Positions 32,258 through 43,025 of a DNA stretch of 64,000 nucleotides are shown here, piece after piece. The notes beneath the pieces were generated by a model. It saw only the letters and a program-made list of their open reading frames with translations, searched no databases and was not told the origin of the DNA. Position numbers and translations under genes: made by a program. Source of the DNA: a bacterium. Lineage in GTDB: Bacteria; UBA8248. The DNA lies in NCBI GenBank assembly GCA_965200245.1, contig CBDATS010000008.1, positions 128,001 through 192,000 on the forward strand, written 5' to 3'. Position 1 is the stretch's first letter; each line of letters begins with the position of its first letter.

Positions 32258-33595
32258 TCAGGAATCGAGTTCGAGCAGCACCTCATCGACAATGCTCACG
32301 GCCGTATCGAACTGAGCCTGTTCGACGATCAGGGGCGGCAAGAACGCCAGAACATTTGCATGGTGCCCTCCCGGATAGATGAGAAGCCCCTTCTTGAGCG
32401 CCATGTCACTCGCCTTTTTCGCGACGCTCATGGGTTCTCGCGTCGTCCGGTCGGAAACGAGTTCGACCGCCACCATCAGTCCGCGCCCGCGCACCTCGCC
32501 GACGATGGAATGTCGCTCGGAAAGTTCCTCAAGCCTTCTCAGGAAATACGCGCCCATGTCCCGGGAGCGCTCGGCGAGGTTCTCCTCCTCATACACCTCG
32601 ATGGATGCAAGGCCCGCGGCGCATGCCATGACGTTTCCGGCATAGGTGCTGCTCTCGGTACCGGGATTCGAGGCGTCGGCTATCTCTTTTTTTGCGACGC
32701 AAGCGGCGAGAGGAAGCCCACCCGAGATCGATTTCCCCATTACGACTAGGTCGGGTTCGATATCCTCATATTGGTAGGCGAACATCCGGCCCGTGCGGCA
32801 AAACCCGCTCATCACCTCGTCGATGATGAGCAGCACCCCGTGACGGTCACAGGCTTCGCGAAGCGCCTTCAAAAATCCGAGGGGAGCTGGAATCATGCCT
32901 CCGTTTCCCTGCACCGGCTCAATGATGACGGCAGCTACCTCGCCCCAGCCGCTCACCGGATTATCGAGAAACTCGTTGATGTAGCGAATCGTTCCCTCGG
33001 CGCACTGCTCTGGCCCGTCGCCGAAGGGGTTTCGGTATGGGTAGGGATAGGGGACGTGATGCACCCCCGGAACGAGTGTCCCCAACCCCTCTCTCTGGTT
33101 CTTTCTGCCCATCAGGGCCACTGCTCCCAAAGTTCTTCCGTGGAACGCGCCCGTAAAGGCGACGATCTCATCGCGCCCCGTTGCCCGGCGGGCCATTTTG
33201 AGAGCGATCTCGGCCGCTTCGCTGCCCGAGGAGCCGAGAATCATGCTCTTGGGTGTCACACCGGGATGGAGAGAGAGAACTTTATCGAAGAGTTCGTTCC
33301 GCACCCGGGAACCCAGCGACATAGCCTGGTGGACCTCTCCGGCCTGTTTCCGCAATGCCGAAACGACCTTGGGGTGACAATGCCCTGCGTTCAGGGAACC
33401 GAAGCCCGCGACGAAATCCAGAAACAAATTGCCATCGACATCCTTGATCACCGCCCCTTGCGCGCGCTCGACCACGACGGTATCAGGGCTCATCCCGAAG
33501 CTGAGGGCGGCGCGGCTCTCCGCCTTCCTGAGGCGCTCAAGCTCCTCTTGGGTTTTGGGGCCGGGGTGGGGAACCACGAATTTTGGCGCGTCCAA
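32258..33595 (-). CDS. Class III aminotransferase (4-aminobutyrate aminotransferase-like)
   Basis: FHGRT, EPVQGNGG, DEVMSGFCRTG, MGKSISGG, VRGRGLM. Confidence 0.92.
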   Translation of the reverse strand: MDAPKFVVPHPGPKTQEELERLRKAESRAALSFGMSPDTVVVERAQGAVIKDVDGNLFLDFVAGFGSLNAGHCHPKVVSALRKQAGEVHQAMSLGSRVRNELFDKVLSLHPGVTPKSMILGSSGSEAAEIALKMARRATGRDEIVAFTGAFHGRTLGAVALMGRKNQREGLGTLVPGVHHVPYPYPYRNPFGDGPEQCAEGTIRYINEFLDNPVSGWGEVAAVIIEPVQGNGGMIPAPLGFLKALREACDRHGVLLIIDEVMSGFCRTGRMFAYQYEDIEPDLVVMGKSISGGLPLAACVAKKEIADASNPGTESSTYAGNVMACAAGLASIEVYEEENLAERSRDMGAYFLRRLEELSERHSIVGEVRGRGLMVAVELVSDRTTREPMSVAKKASDMALKKGLLIYPGGHHANVLAFLPPLIVEQAQFDTAVSIVDEVLLELDS

Positions 33596-33734
33596 TGAAA
33601 CCCCTCCTCGTTATTCGCCAGCATACATGCACATTCCGCAAGGCATGAAAGCCTGCGTGAAAATTCGCTATTGCACGTGTCTTTCATCGTTGAATGTTAT
33701 AAACTGAAGCGCAGTTGCAAACCACCCATACCCT

Positions 33735-35006
33735 ATGGACATTGAGGCCCCTGTGAACCGAGACTCTTCATCCCCAAAAATATATTATGGCTGGTATATC
33801 TTGGGCGGCTGTTTCTTCATGATGTTCCTGGGCCTGGCGACCAGAAATTCATTCGGTCTTTTCCTGAAGCCGATGATTGCGGATTTCAACATCAGCCGCG
33901 CCTCATTGTCCCTTCCCTTTTCTCTTTGCCTGATTCTCTACGGCGCGTCCCAGCCGTTGGGCGGACTCATGATGCGCCGCTGGGACCCGAAAACGGTCAT
34001 CATCTGGGGCTCGGCGCTTACGACCATCGCCATGTTGGGAATCTACCAAGTCGACTCCCTGTGGGGCGTGTATTTGTTCTTCGGTATCCTGTTGGGGATG
34101 GGAGGAATCGGCAACAGTGTGACGGCCTTCACCCCTTTGGTGTCAAACTGGTTCCCGGACAGGCGGGGGCTGGGCATGTCCATCATCAGCGCGGGCTCAA
34201 GCATGGGTCAGCTCATACTGCTTCCTGTTTTCGCGTATATGATCGGCTTTTTGGACTGGAGGATGACTTCGCTCGTCATTGGCATCATTTTCGTGTTCAC
34301 CCTGATGCCCATTTCGATCTTCCTCGTCAAGAACTCTCCCTCGTCCAGGGACGTTCCCCCAGGTGCGCCCACATCCGGTAACGGTGTAAAGATGGTCGTT
34401 CCCTACGATTTGCACTGGGTGCAGTGCCTTCACAAGATGCCATTCGTCCTCTTGCTTACGAGCTTTTTCACCTGCGGTTTCACCGTTACGGTCGTCTCCG
34501 TCCACTGGGTACCGTTTGCGACCGATGTTGGATTTTCTGCAGCCGTCGCTGCAACGTCCTTCGCCCTGGGTGGCGGACTCAACACCGTGGGCGTTCTGGC
34601 TGTCGGTCCACTATCTGACAAAATCGGCAGGAAAGTGCCCTTGAGCCTGATCTACGCTTTCCGGGGTCTCGGATTCGTCCTGTTCATTTTCTTCAAGAAC
34701 GATTTCACCGTCTGGGCAACGCCGATGATCATCGGCCTCTCCTGGATTGCGACCGTCCCGCTCACTTCGGCGTTGACGGGAGATTTCTTCGGATCGAGGA
34801 ACGTGGCGATTCTCTTCGGGCTCATCACGTTCAGCCACCAACTCGGCTCGGGCCTGAGCGCCTGGCTGAGCGGATACATCTATGACGTCACAGGAAGCTA
34901 CAACCTCGCGTTCGCGCTGGCGGCCTATCTCTGTGTCCAGGCGGCCGTGATAGTCGCTTTCATCAACGAAAAAGAGGTCCGCGTCCCGCAAGTAGCCACA
35001 ACGTAA
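33735..35006 (+). CDS. MFS transporter (OFA/MCT-like)
   Basis: KIYYGWYI, NWFPDRRGL, LSDKIGRK, YDVTGSY. Confidence 0.9.
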   Translation: MDIEAPVNRDSSSPKIYYGWYILGGCFFMMFLGLATRNSFGLFLKPMIADFNISRASLSLPFSLCLILYGASQPLGGLMMRRWDPKTVIIWGSALTTIAMLGIYQVDSLWGVYLFFGILLGMGGIGNSVTAFTPLVSNWFPDRRGLGMSIISAGSSMGQLILLPVFAYMIGFLDWRMTSLVIGIIFVFTLMPISIFLVKNSPSSRDVPPGAPTSGNGVKMVVPYDLHWVQCLHKMPFVLLLTSFFTCGFTVTVVSVHWVPFATDVGFSAAVAATSFALGGGLNTVGVLAVGPLSDKIGRKVPLSLIYAFRGLGFVLFIFFKNDFTVWATPMIIGLSWIATVPLTSALTGDFFGSRNVAILFGLITFSHQLGSGLSAWLSGYIYDVTGSYNLAFALAAYLCVQAAVIVAFINEKEVRVPQVATT

Positions 35007-35137
35007 TGCGAAATGAACGAAACTAGAATTCTGCACACCGTGACGTAAACGTGCGAATTTGCCACCAGGGGAAGCCCCTGCATCAATCATTTTCTTTTGG
35101 ACGGGGCAGGGCTTCGCCTTTTGCTTTGAGTGAAAAG

Positions 35138-36481
35138 ATGGACTGCAACTGCTGGTTTCAATGCATCAACCCCGATTGCGGGGCGACGTACTCTATTTTT
35201 GACTCCGTGTATCAGTGCCGCGGATGCGGGAGCCTCCTTGACGTCACACACGACCTGGAAACTCTGCGCATGCGAAGCGCATCGGAATGGCGCCATCTGT
35301 TCGACGATCGTTACCAGCGCAACACCTGGCCCTACGGCAGCGGCGTATGGGGCAAGAAAGAGTGGGTTTGCCCCCTGATTGACGATGAAAACATAATCTC
35401 GTTCTATGAAGGGGGGACGAACCTCTTCTGGGCGAATCGTCTGGGGCGCGAACTCGGAATCGGCGAATTGTGGATCAAGCAATGCGGAAACAGCCACACG
35501 GGTTCCTTCAAGGACCTCGGAATGACGGTGCTCGTATCCGCCGCCCAGCAGATGATAACCGACGGAAAAAAAATCCGCGCTGTTGCCTGCGCGTCGACTG
35601 GCGATACCTCCGCCGCCTTGGCCGCCTACGCTGCGGCAGCTGATATTCCCGCTATCGTTTTTTTGCCACGCGAGAAAGTATCCGTCGCGCAGTTGATTCA
35701 GCCCATCACGAACGGCGCCATGGTGCTTGCCATCGACACGGATTTCGACGGCTGCATGCGCATAGTGCGGCAGGTGTGCGAGGAGCAGGGGATATACCTC
35801 GCTAACAGCATGAATTCGCTCCGCATCGAAGGCCAGAAAACCATCAGCATCGAACTCGTCCAGCAGTTCGACTGGGAGGTTCCTGAACTCATCATCATCC
35901 CCGGCGGCAACCTGGGAAACGTGAGTGCTCTGGGCAAGGGTTTCTTGCAGATGCGTGATTTGGGGCTAATAGACAAGATGCCCCGCATCGGTTGCGCACA
36001 GACTGAAAAGGCCAATCCCCTCTACAGGAGTTTCATGACTGGGTTCCGGGAGTTCTGTCCCGTAGATGCCGAGCCGACGCTGGCGACGGCCATCCAAATC
36101 GGGAATCCTGTGAGTATCAAAAAAGCCGTCCGGACGCTGAAGGCGTTCGAGGGCTCCGTAGAGCAGGCGAGCGAGGAGGAATTGGCGAACGCCGCCGCGC
36201 GCGCGGACAGAACCGGGATGTACAACTGTCCCCAGACCGGGGTGGCACTGGCTGCTCTTGAAAAAATCATCAAGCGCGGGGAGGTAAACCCTAAAGATCG
36301 GGTAGTGGTCATCTCTACGGCGCATGGACTGAAATTCACCGAATTCAAGGTCAATTACCATCAAAAAGCGATTCCGGGCGTCGACAGCCGCTTCGCCAAT
36401 ACTCCCATCGAGCTTCCCGAAGACATCGACATAGTTCGAGACGCCATCGAAAAGAGACTCGGCGCATTTTCTGCGAGCTAG
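35138..36481 (+). CDS. thrC: Threonine synthase
   Basis: [35 protein letters not shown]. Confidence 0.95.
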   Translation: MDCNCWFQCINPDCGATYSIFDSVYQCRGCGSLLDVTHDLETLRMRSASEWRHLFDDRYQRNTWPYGSGVWGKKEWVCPLIDDENIISFYEGGTNLFWANRLGRELGIGELWIKQCGNSHTGSFKDLGMTVLVSAAQQMITDGKKIRAVACASTGDTSAALAAYAAAADIPAIVFLPREKVSVAQLIQPITNGAMVLAIDTDFDGCMRIVRQVCEEQGIYLANSMNSLRIEGQKTISIELVQQFDWEVPELIIIPGGNLGNVSALGKGFLQMRDLGLIDKMPRIGCAQTEKANPLYRSFMTGFREFCPVDAEPTLATAIQIGNPVSIKKAVRTLKAFEGSVEQASEEELANAAARADRTGMYNCPQTGVALAALEKIIKRGEVNPKDRVVVISTAHGLKFTEFKVNYHQKAIPGVDSRFANTPIELPEDIDIVRDAIEKRLGAFSAS

Positions 36482-36514
36482 CGTCCTTTCGGTTTTCATC
36501 GTAACGCTGAGCCG

Positions 36515-37690
36515 ATGAAACAGGAGTTGAGTGCATTGTCGAAAAACATGAGAAGAGATGATCGAAATCAGGCGAAACAGTCACTCTCGCCACCTATCTT
36601 CCAGACAGCGACGTTCACCTTCGATGGCTCCGAGGATCTGGAAGCCTTCCACAGCGGCGAGACGGACGCGTTTTTCTATACGCGATACGCTAATCCGACG
36701 AACGAAGCCGCCGAACGCAGACTCGCACTCATGGAAGGCGCGGAAGCCTCCCTGTTGTACGCCAGCGGCATGGCGGCCGTCTCCTCGGTATTCCTCTCAC
36801 TGCTTGCGCCGAATGCGCGAATCGTCATCCCTCAGGAGAGCTACAGGCATACGAGGGACGTGGCAGAGGGTCTTCTCACCCGCTACGGAGTATGTGTCGA
36901 AAGTCCGGTGGAGAATACGGCGGAATCTCTGGAAGCACTTACAGAGGGACCGGTGCGCGTGTTGTTCGCAGAGATTCCCTCCAACCCCACGCTCCGCATA
37001 CCGGATATCGGGAAAATGGCGGAATGGGCCAGACAAAGAAAAGCCAGGTTCATCGTGGACTCGACCATCGCATCTCCAGCCTTGTTTCGCCCGCTGGAGC
37101 ATGGGGCCGATTTAGCGGTTCAAAGCGCGACGAAATACATCGGTGGCCACAACGATGTCGTGGCGGGAGCCGTGTCAGGCGGCATGGTCATTATCGACGC
37201 GCTACGCGAGCAACAGGCATTGCTAGGTTCCATTCTCGGGCCGCAGGAGGCGTTCCTCGTAGAACGGGGACTCAAGACACTCGAATTGCGCGTCCGCCGC
37301 AGTAGCAACACGGCGCTCAAACTGGCCAAATATCTCGCGGGTCACCCTAGGGTCTCCCGCGTTCATTACCCCGGCCTGGAGTCACACCCGGATCATCTCA
37401 GAGCCGCAAAGTATATGTCCGCGTTCGGTGGATTGGTTAGTTTCGAACTCTGCGGCGACCCCGAGAAAGCTGACGAGTTGGTAGACTCCCTTCAGATTCC
37501 TGTGCTCGCTCCCGGCTTTGGTGGCACGGAGAGCCAGGTGGAGCACCATGTGAAGATGGCGTATGCGGACATCGGCATGCAAGGCGCGGAAAACCGGGGC
37601 GTTCCCGCCGGGCTGATTCGGTATTCGGTGGGGCTTGAGGATTTTGAGGTGTTAAGAGACGACCTCGAAGAGGGCCTCAAAAAACTATAG
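36515..37690 (+). CDS. Cys/Met metabolism PLP enzyme (cystathionine gamma-synthase-like)
   Basis: YTRYANPT, SGMAA, SATKYIGGHND, IRYSVGLED. Confidence 0.9.
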   Translation: MKQELSALSKNMRRDDRNQAKQSLSPPIFQTATFTFDGSEDLEAFHSGETDAFFYTRYANPTNEAAERRLALMEGAEASLLYASGMAAVSSVFLSLLAPNARIVIPQESYRHTRDVAEGLLTRYGVCVESPVENTAESLEALTEGPVRVLFAEIPSNPTLRIPDIGKMAEWARQRKARFIVDSTIASPALFRPLEHGADLAVQSATKYIGGHNDVVAGAVSGGMVIIDALREQQALLGSILGPQEAFLVERGLKTLELRVRRSSNTALKLAKYLAGHPRVSRVHYPGLESHPDHLRAAKYMSAFGGLVSFELCGDPEKADELVDSLQIPVLAPGFGGTESQVEHHVKMAYADIGMQGAENRGVPAGLIRYSVGLEDFEVLRDDLEEGLKKL

Positions 37691-37692
37691 AG

Positions 37693-38337
37693 TCAACTTT
37701 TACCGCCCTCTGCGTGCTTCGGGGCCTGCTTCGTAAGCCAGCGTGTGCGCACCCACATCTTCTTTCCAGCCCAGCGCCCCGATCTGACTACCACCTGGGT
37801 GAAACCACGCTGATCGCCGGAAATGACAGTTACACGTGTTCCGGGTTCCAGTCTGTAGGGATAGCGGGAGCCGCGCGGCACATCATATCCGCCCGCATAA
37901 CTCAGCGATAACCCCCGAAACGTACGGCGGACGTATCTAGCGTCCGCAAATGTTTCACTTTGCTGAACGGGTTTCACGGCAGATTCCTTTTTCTCCGCCG
38001 GCTTTGTAGAAACCACTGTCGCCTCGAATTTCCCCTTTACTTCCTTCACCGCTTTCTCAAGATTCGATACCGCGTCACGGAGTTGCAACTTGAACTCGTT
38101 CAATGATTTCCCATGGTTCGCCAGAATTTGCGTATGGGCGAGAAGCTGACCACGGATCGACTCGATTTCTTTTTTGTTTTGCTCTTTATCTTCCTGGTAA
38201 TCGGCTTGCGACACCACCAGACTGCATCCGGAGAGCGCGGCCATCAGGACGCAGATACACATCATGCGCCATACAACACGCTTTACACCCGGTGATTTGA
38301 TTTTCCGCTCACGCATGCAGTTCATACTGGATACCAT
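37693..38337 (-). CDS. Lipoprotein with coiled coil and a C-terminal SH3-like segment
   Basis: LSGC lipobox, heptad-rich middle, LEPGTRVTVI...WVRTRWL; start uncertain. Confidence 0.65.
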   Translation of the reverse strand: MVSSMNCMRERKIKSPGVKRVVWRMMCICVLMAALSGCSLVVSQADYQEDKEQNKKEIESIRGQLLAHTQILANHGKSLNEFKLQLRDAVSNLEKAVKEVKGKFEATVVSTKPAEKKESAVKPVQQSETFADARYVRRTFRGLSLSYAGGYDVPRGSRYPYRLEPGTRVTVISGDQRGFTQVVVRSGRWAGKKMWVRTRWLTKQAPKHAEGGKS

Positions 38338-39155
38338 CCTTCGATAGGAGGCATTACGACCAACTCGCTGCTCAAATCGACGACTCCATCAAATTCACGT
38401 GCGGTGGATTCAGCCAATTCTTTTTCTTCATCGCTGTTAACACGCCCGTGCAAGAACAACTCTCCCGGTCCAAGACATTCTACGACGATGCCACTCGCAT
38501 CGATTCGTTCGTCCGTCATTATCGTCGTCTTGATCTTCTGTGCAAAGGCAAGGTTCTGGAGTCTTTGAGATTCTGATGGTCTGACTTGTGAAAATTTTTC
38601 GCTTTTCAGTATGTTTACGAGTAAACGCACTGACGTATCTTTGTCGAACAGTCCGGTATTCAATATGATATCGAAGTGGCTCGGTTCTCCCCACCTGACG
38701 TCGAAAAAATGCCGCGTATAGGCCATTCTTTCGTCGTCGTTGTGGCGTATGAACTGCTCCGCCATGGAAGGAGTAATCCCCTCGTTGCTCACCAGTGTCC
38801 GTTGGCGATAATCTCTGGGCGCCACGATGCGCGCCCGGAAAACTCCCTCGATTCCCTCCAGTAGGATGTGGGAGCCGCGGCCCAGAATGACAAAATCATT
38901 TTTCAGGGCCGATTCATATACGATGGCGCGCATGATATCGAGATAAACGAGTTGCCTGTCCCGGAAAAAGCGGTCGATCAGGCCGGGTTTTCTTTCGTCT
39001 ACCTGTTCGAGTTCGGCTCGAACGTAACCATACGTTTGCGCAGCGTCCGCAAATCCATCGTTGTCCAAAAGGGTCCATCCCAATTCATGAGCCACTTTCT
39101 TTCCTATGGCGTCACCACCGCTTCCAAGTTCTCTTGAAATAGTCAGAATACCCAT
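38322..39155 (-). CDS. Cytidylate kinase-like family protein with C-terminal BON domain
   Basis: TISRELGSGG, ILGRGS, FDIILNT; BON-like LHGRVNSDEEKELAE...GVVDLSSEL. Confidence 0.8.
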   Translation of the reverse strand: MGILTISRELGSGGDAIGKKVAHELGWTLLDNDGFADAAQTYGYVRAELEQVDERKPGLIDRFFRDRQLVYLDIMRAIVYESALKNDFVILGRGSHILLEGIEGVFRARIVAPRDYRQRTLVSNEGITPSMAEQFIRHNDDERMAYTRHFFDVRWGEPSHFDIILNTGLFDKDTSVRLLVNILKSEKFSQVRPSESQRLQNLAFAQKIKTTIMTDERIDASGIVVECLGPGELFLHGRVNSDEEKELAESTAREFDGVVDLSSELVVMPPIEGWYPV

Positions 39156-39338
39156 TCTCAGCCCTCCGAATCAAAAGTGACGATCAACACTGGAGCGGGT
39201 GGGCTACGTGCGCCATCTCTTCATATCAATTGTCAGCATAACCGCAAACAACACGTTTATCCATCGTTCGACAAGCCGCTTCGTTGCTCAATACCATCGA
39301 AACGCAACGGGTATCTACCTCAACATAATCGTTTTCGG

Positions 39339-41084
39339 TCATGACTTGCGATTCGCTCTCTTCAATTTTTCCAATTGCTGACGAAAATAGCGATTTCCGG
39401 GCTCCAATTCAATCGCTCTTTGAATGAGTGGAATCGCCTTCACCGTTTCTCCACTGCGAAAATACAGCTCCGCCAGTGTATCAAGATAGGCCGGCGTATC
39501 GGGCTGAAGCTCCAGCGAGCGTTTGGAGAGTTTGATGGCGTGAGCCAGGGCGTCTTTCTCCTTTCTGTGAAACCACGCCAAACGATTCATCGCCGGTGCC
39601 GAATCCTTGTCGATCTCGAGCACCTGCAGGAACACTTCTTTGGACTCTTTGGGTTTCTTGATTTCCCATAGAAAAACCCCAAGTTCCACCAAAATTCTCG
39701 ATGAGCGTGGATTCTCCTTCAGCAAGTCCAAGAGTATCCGATGCGCGGTTTCTTTCCGCCCTCTCGATTTGTGGAGATTCGCGATACGAATCTTCATCTC
39801 GATGTCGTTCGATTCCAGTTTCGCCGCTTTCTGGTATAGCGCGATCGCCTCTTTGTCGCGTTCCTTTGATTCATAGAGAGCGCCCAGGCGGATGTAGCCA
39901 TCCAGCCAATCGGGCGATAAAGAAACGACCTTTTGATAGGCGCGAATTGCTTCATCGTAGCGTTTCATTTCCACCAAAGCATCACCCAGCAAAAAATGGA
40001 ATCTTGCATTGTCCGGGGCTTTTTTGATGGCGTTTCGAAGCAGGTTCACCGCTTCTCCGGGTTCCTTGCCGGATATCAGCCGCTCCGCATCAATCAAAAT
40101 CCGGGCAGGCTCCAGAGCCTGTTTCTGAGTTCCGCTCGATTTAGGTCGAACTACATGGACACGCGATTCGACAAGCCGAAGCCGTCTTTTCAAAATCATA
40201 TCTTCTGGTTCGCGTAAATAGGCATCCTTGTAAGTTTCCAGCGCTTTTACAAATTGCTCGCTGCGAACATATAAATCGCCCAAAAGAATCATGGCTTCTA
40301 TGTGACCCGGTGTGCGTTGGAGCAAAGATTGTATTTCGCGAATGGCTTCCTGGGATCGATTTTGCTTGGCAAGAACTTTCGACAACCGGTAGCGTGCGGT
40401 ATTCTGGCGGCTCCCCTCAAGCGTCACTGCCTTTTTCAGGCTTGCCGCGGCCCTTTCAAACTCTCCTTTGCTTTCGTGCCGGGCCGCTTCTGCGATATGC
40501 CATCTATGTTGTTCTTCGAACTTGAGATTCTGGTCTTCCGGTTCACCGATCTTCAACCATTCACTTACTCTCGCCTCCCAGATGCTGTCGAGGTGTTTCC
40601 ACACGTTGTGGAAATAATCCGGAGACTCACGGGAAATCGCTGTGGTAGCGATACCCACGGCCAGAAGCAGCACAAGCCCTACCGCAATCCCCATATTCTT
40701 TTTCGAAATCAGCGGCTTGGGCAAGGGTGTCGGCTCGATGCCAGACATCATTAAACTGCCGTCGAACTTCGCTTCCGGATCCACATGTAGTTTGGGTGCC
40801 ATCACGCTCCCTTTGTGAGAACATCCGGCTTTGAACTCCACACGATCATCCACACGTATGGAGCCTTTGGTGGAGCCGTGATTCACCAGTTCCCTGGTAT
40901 GAATATCGCCCTCGGCATTTCCCGTTTTTGCAACATCAAGGTGGCCGTCGCCATGTATTTCCCCTTTGAATTCTCCTTTCAGGATTAAATTTCCGCGAAA
41001 GAGCAGTGAGCCCTCAAGACACACATCCTCGCCTATGAAAGAGAGATTCGAGCCGGGAGCGGAATGGATGTTTCTATTTCGCAC
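39339..41084 (-). CDS. Bactofilin domain - transmembrane helix - TPR repeat fusion protein
   Basis: SFIGEDVCLEGSL...G.FKGEI...AEGDI...AKFDGSLMM, then a TM helix (GIAVGLVLLLAVGIA), then multiple TPRs ending YLDTLAELYF. Confidence 0.85.
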   Translation of the reverse strand: MRNRNIHSAPGSNLSFIGEDVCLEGSLLFRGNLILKGEFKGEIHGDGHLDVAKTGNAEGDIHTRELVNHGSTKGSIRVDDRVEFKAGCSHKGSVMAPKLHVDPEAKFDGSLMMSGIEPTPLPKPLISKKNMGIAVGLVLLLAVGIATTAISRESPDYFHNVWKHLDSIWEARVSEWLKIGEPEDQNLKFEEQHRWHIAEAARHESKGEFERAAASLKKAVTLEGSRQNTARYRLSKVLAKQNRSQEAIREIQSLLQRTPGHIEAMILLGDLYVRSEQFVKALETYKDAYLREPEDMILKRRLRLVESRVHVVRPKSSGTQKQALEPARILIDAERLISGKEPGEAVNLLRNAIKKAPDNARFHFLLGDALVEMKRYDEAIRAYQKVVSLSPDWLDGYIRLGALYESKERDKEAIALYQKAAKLESNDIEMKIRIANLHKSRGRKETAHRILLDLLKENPRSSRILVELGVFLWEIKKPKESKEVFLQVLEIDKDSAPAMNRLAWFHRKEKDALAHAIKLSKRSLELQPDTPAYLDTLAELYFRSGETVKAIPLIQRAIELEPGNRYFRQQLEKLKRANRKS

Positions 41085-41897
41085 GGGCGTTTCTCCATTG
41101 ATTAGCGAACTACGAAATTCCCACCTGCAATCCGGCCGTATTTTACCAAAATCCGGAAAAGATGCGCCAATTTATGTTTCGCCAAATCTAGGGTTTACAT
41201 TAACCGAGATTGAAATCTTAATCACCTGAGGCGAACACTTATAGGCTGCGCATTTGCCAAGGGCTTGTCCGCCTCTGTGAGGATCGCTGGCTGTACTAGG
41301 TTCCCAGTCAAGCCAGCGTGAGTCGGTTCGTAGAACCCTTCAAAATAACCGAGAATGATCTTCTTTTCGTTGGCTGGAATCTCAGTTTCTCGTTCTCATC
41401 GACCATCACAGTTTGATGAGTCCGACCAGTGGTCCTTGACGAGGAGCTACTGAATCGCTAGGCAAACGAGATGACATCTGTCGCATAGTTCGACCACCTT
41501 GTCCTGCCCGGTACTGTTTACAAGCCCGCCGAACCCGTCGTAATCGTCTGCCAAGCCTGTCCCCCGCGCCGGGCGGCGGAACTGCCAGCGAGGCTGCCAG
41601 AACGAACCCCTGCCGAACTTCACCTCATCAGTGGATTTGATTCTAGATGCAGTATATTGAGTTGTTCATATGGCTTTTCAAATTCCACGCGATGGCGAAT
41701 GGCTGGCCGACGCCCCAGTCGCTGGTAGCGCGTGCTCACATCTTGCAATGTCCCTCTTGAGGAAACGACAGTTTCAACTGCCAATGTTGCCACACGTCCC
41801 GGTGCGTCGCCCAAACTCACTCATGCGGCCGATTGATAGCAAATTACACCTCATAATATGATATGTTTGTCAGTCTATAAAATAGTAAACTGGAGAC

Positions 41898-42875
41898 ATG
41901 GAAATGGTTGATCAGGACTTGGGCAGACTCAATAAGGTCGATGATCTGCGCAAAGTCTGGAGCAACGAAGTCAATGATTTCACACCATGGCTTGCGCTTG
42001 AGGAAAACCTCTACATTCTCAGCGAAACTCTTGGGATCGAATTAGAACTGGAAGCGCAGGAAAAAGGCGTTGGCCAATTCCGTGCGGATATCCTATGCAA
42101 AGACACATCGGGTGCTTGGGTGCTGGTCGAGAATCAACTCGAGCGGACAGATCATGGTCATCTGGGGCAGTTGTTGACCTACGCGTCGGGCTTGGAGGCG
42201 GTGACAGTCGTCTGGATCGCCGCTCATTTCACTGATGAGCACCGCTCGACGCTCGATTGGCTGAACAAGATCACCGATGAAAGCTATCGGTTCTTCGGTC
42301 TGGAGGTAGAATTGTGGCAGATTGACGACTCGCCCATGGCACCCAAGTTCAACGTCGTCTCCACGCCGAATGACTGGTCACGTTCATTTGGACGGGCAGC
42401 ACGTGCGGTGGATGAATCAAATTTGTCTGCTAAAAAACTGATTCAACTCAACTACTGAGCAGCCTTCCACTCGGTGCTGGACAAAGTAGACGGCTTTGTA
42501 TTGGGAAACAAAAAGCCATTGCCGCAATCATGGATGCACTATCCGATCGGGAAGACCTATTTCAATCTTCGCGCGACCATGACCCCTTCCCAAAAACGAA
42601 TTCGCTCAGAACTCTACATACGTGGGCCGAACGCAAAGAATCACTTCCAACTTCTGATTGAGCAACGGGACGCTATTGAGCAGGAACTCGGATATTCGCT
42701 TGAATGGAACGAACTGTCTGACGGTAAAGACAGCCGGATTACGGTCTATCAGAACGATGTCGACCCCGAAGATGAAAAAACTTGGTCGTGCCAGCATGAG
42801 TGGTTGGCGACCAAGCTAAACGATATGCACCGGGTCTTCGCAAACCGCATCCAGAAGCTCAACTCCGAAAAATAG
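41898..42875 (+). pseudogene. DUF4268-domain protein (N-terminal PD-(D/E)xK-like nuclease) interrupted by an in-frame TGA
   Basis: DFTPWL, RADILC, LVENQLERTDHGHLGQLLTY; ORFs 41898..42458 and 42474..42875 share one frame; LNY*AAF at 42456-42458. Confidence 0.8.
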
Positions 42876-43025
42876 AAACTCGATTAGGAATGATCCGCGC
42901 CGCGGTCCGCCTGAAATTTCCCGATCTCAGCCACCATCATGACACCGTTACCTGAGGCCGGCGCAGCAGGCATGCTCCTGAGTAAGCAAGAGAGGAGTGA
43001 AACCGGAAACTAATTTCCCGAAATT

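Noticed and set aside
41230-41640. Possible structured ncRNA (tmRNA, RNase P, 6S) or IS3/IS66 remnant (minus-strand IILGYFEGFYEP)
   Set aside because: No diagnostic termini or conserved motifs; peptide similarity is too short to support a call.
42456-42458. TGA as selenocysteine or evidence of an alternative genetic code
   Set aside because: The context is a Trp position, not Cys; I see no convincing SECIS hairpin; core genes such as guaB and pyrG end normally at TGA.
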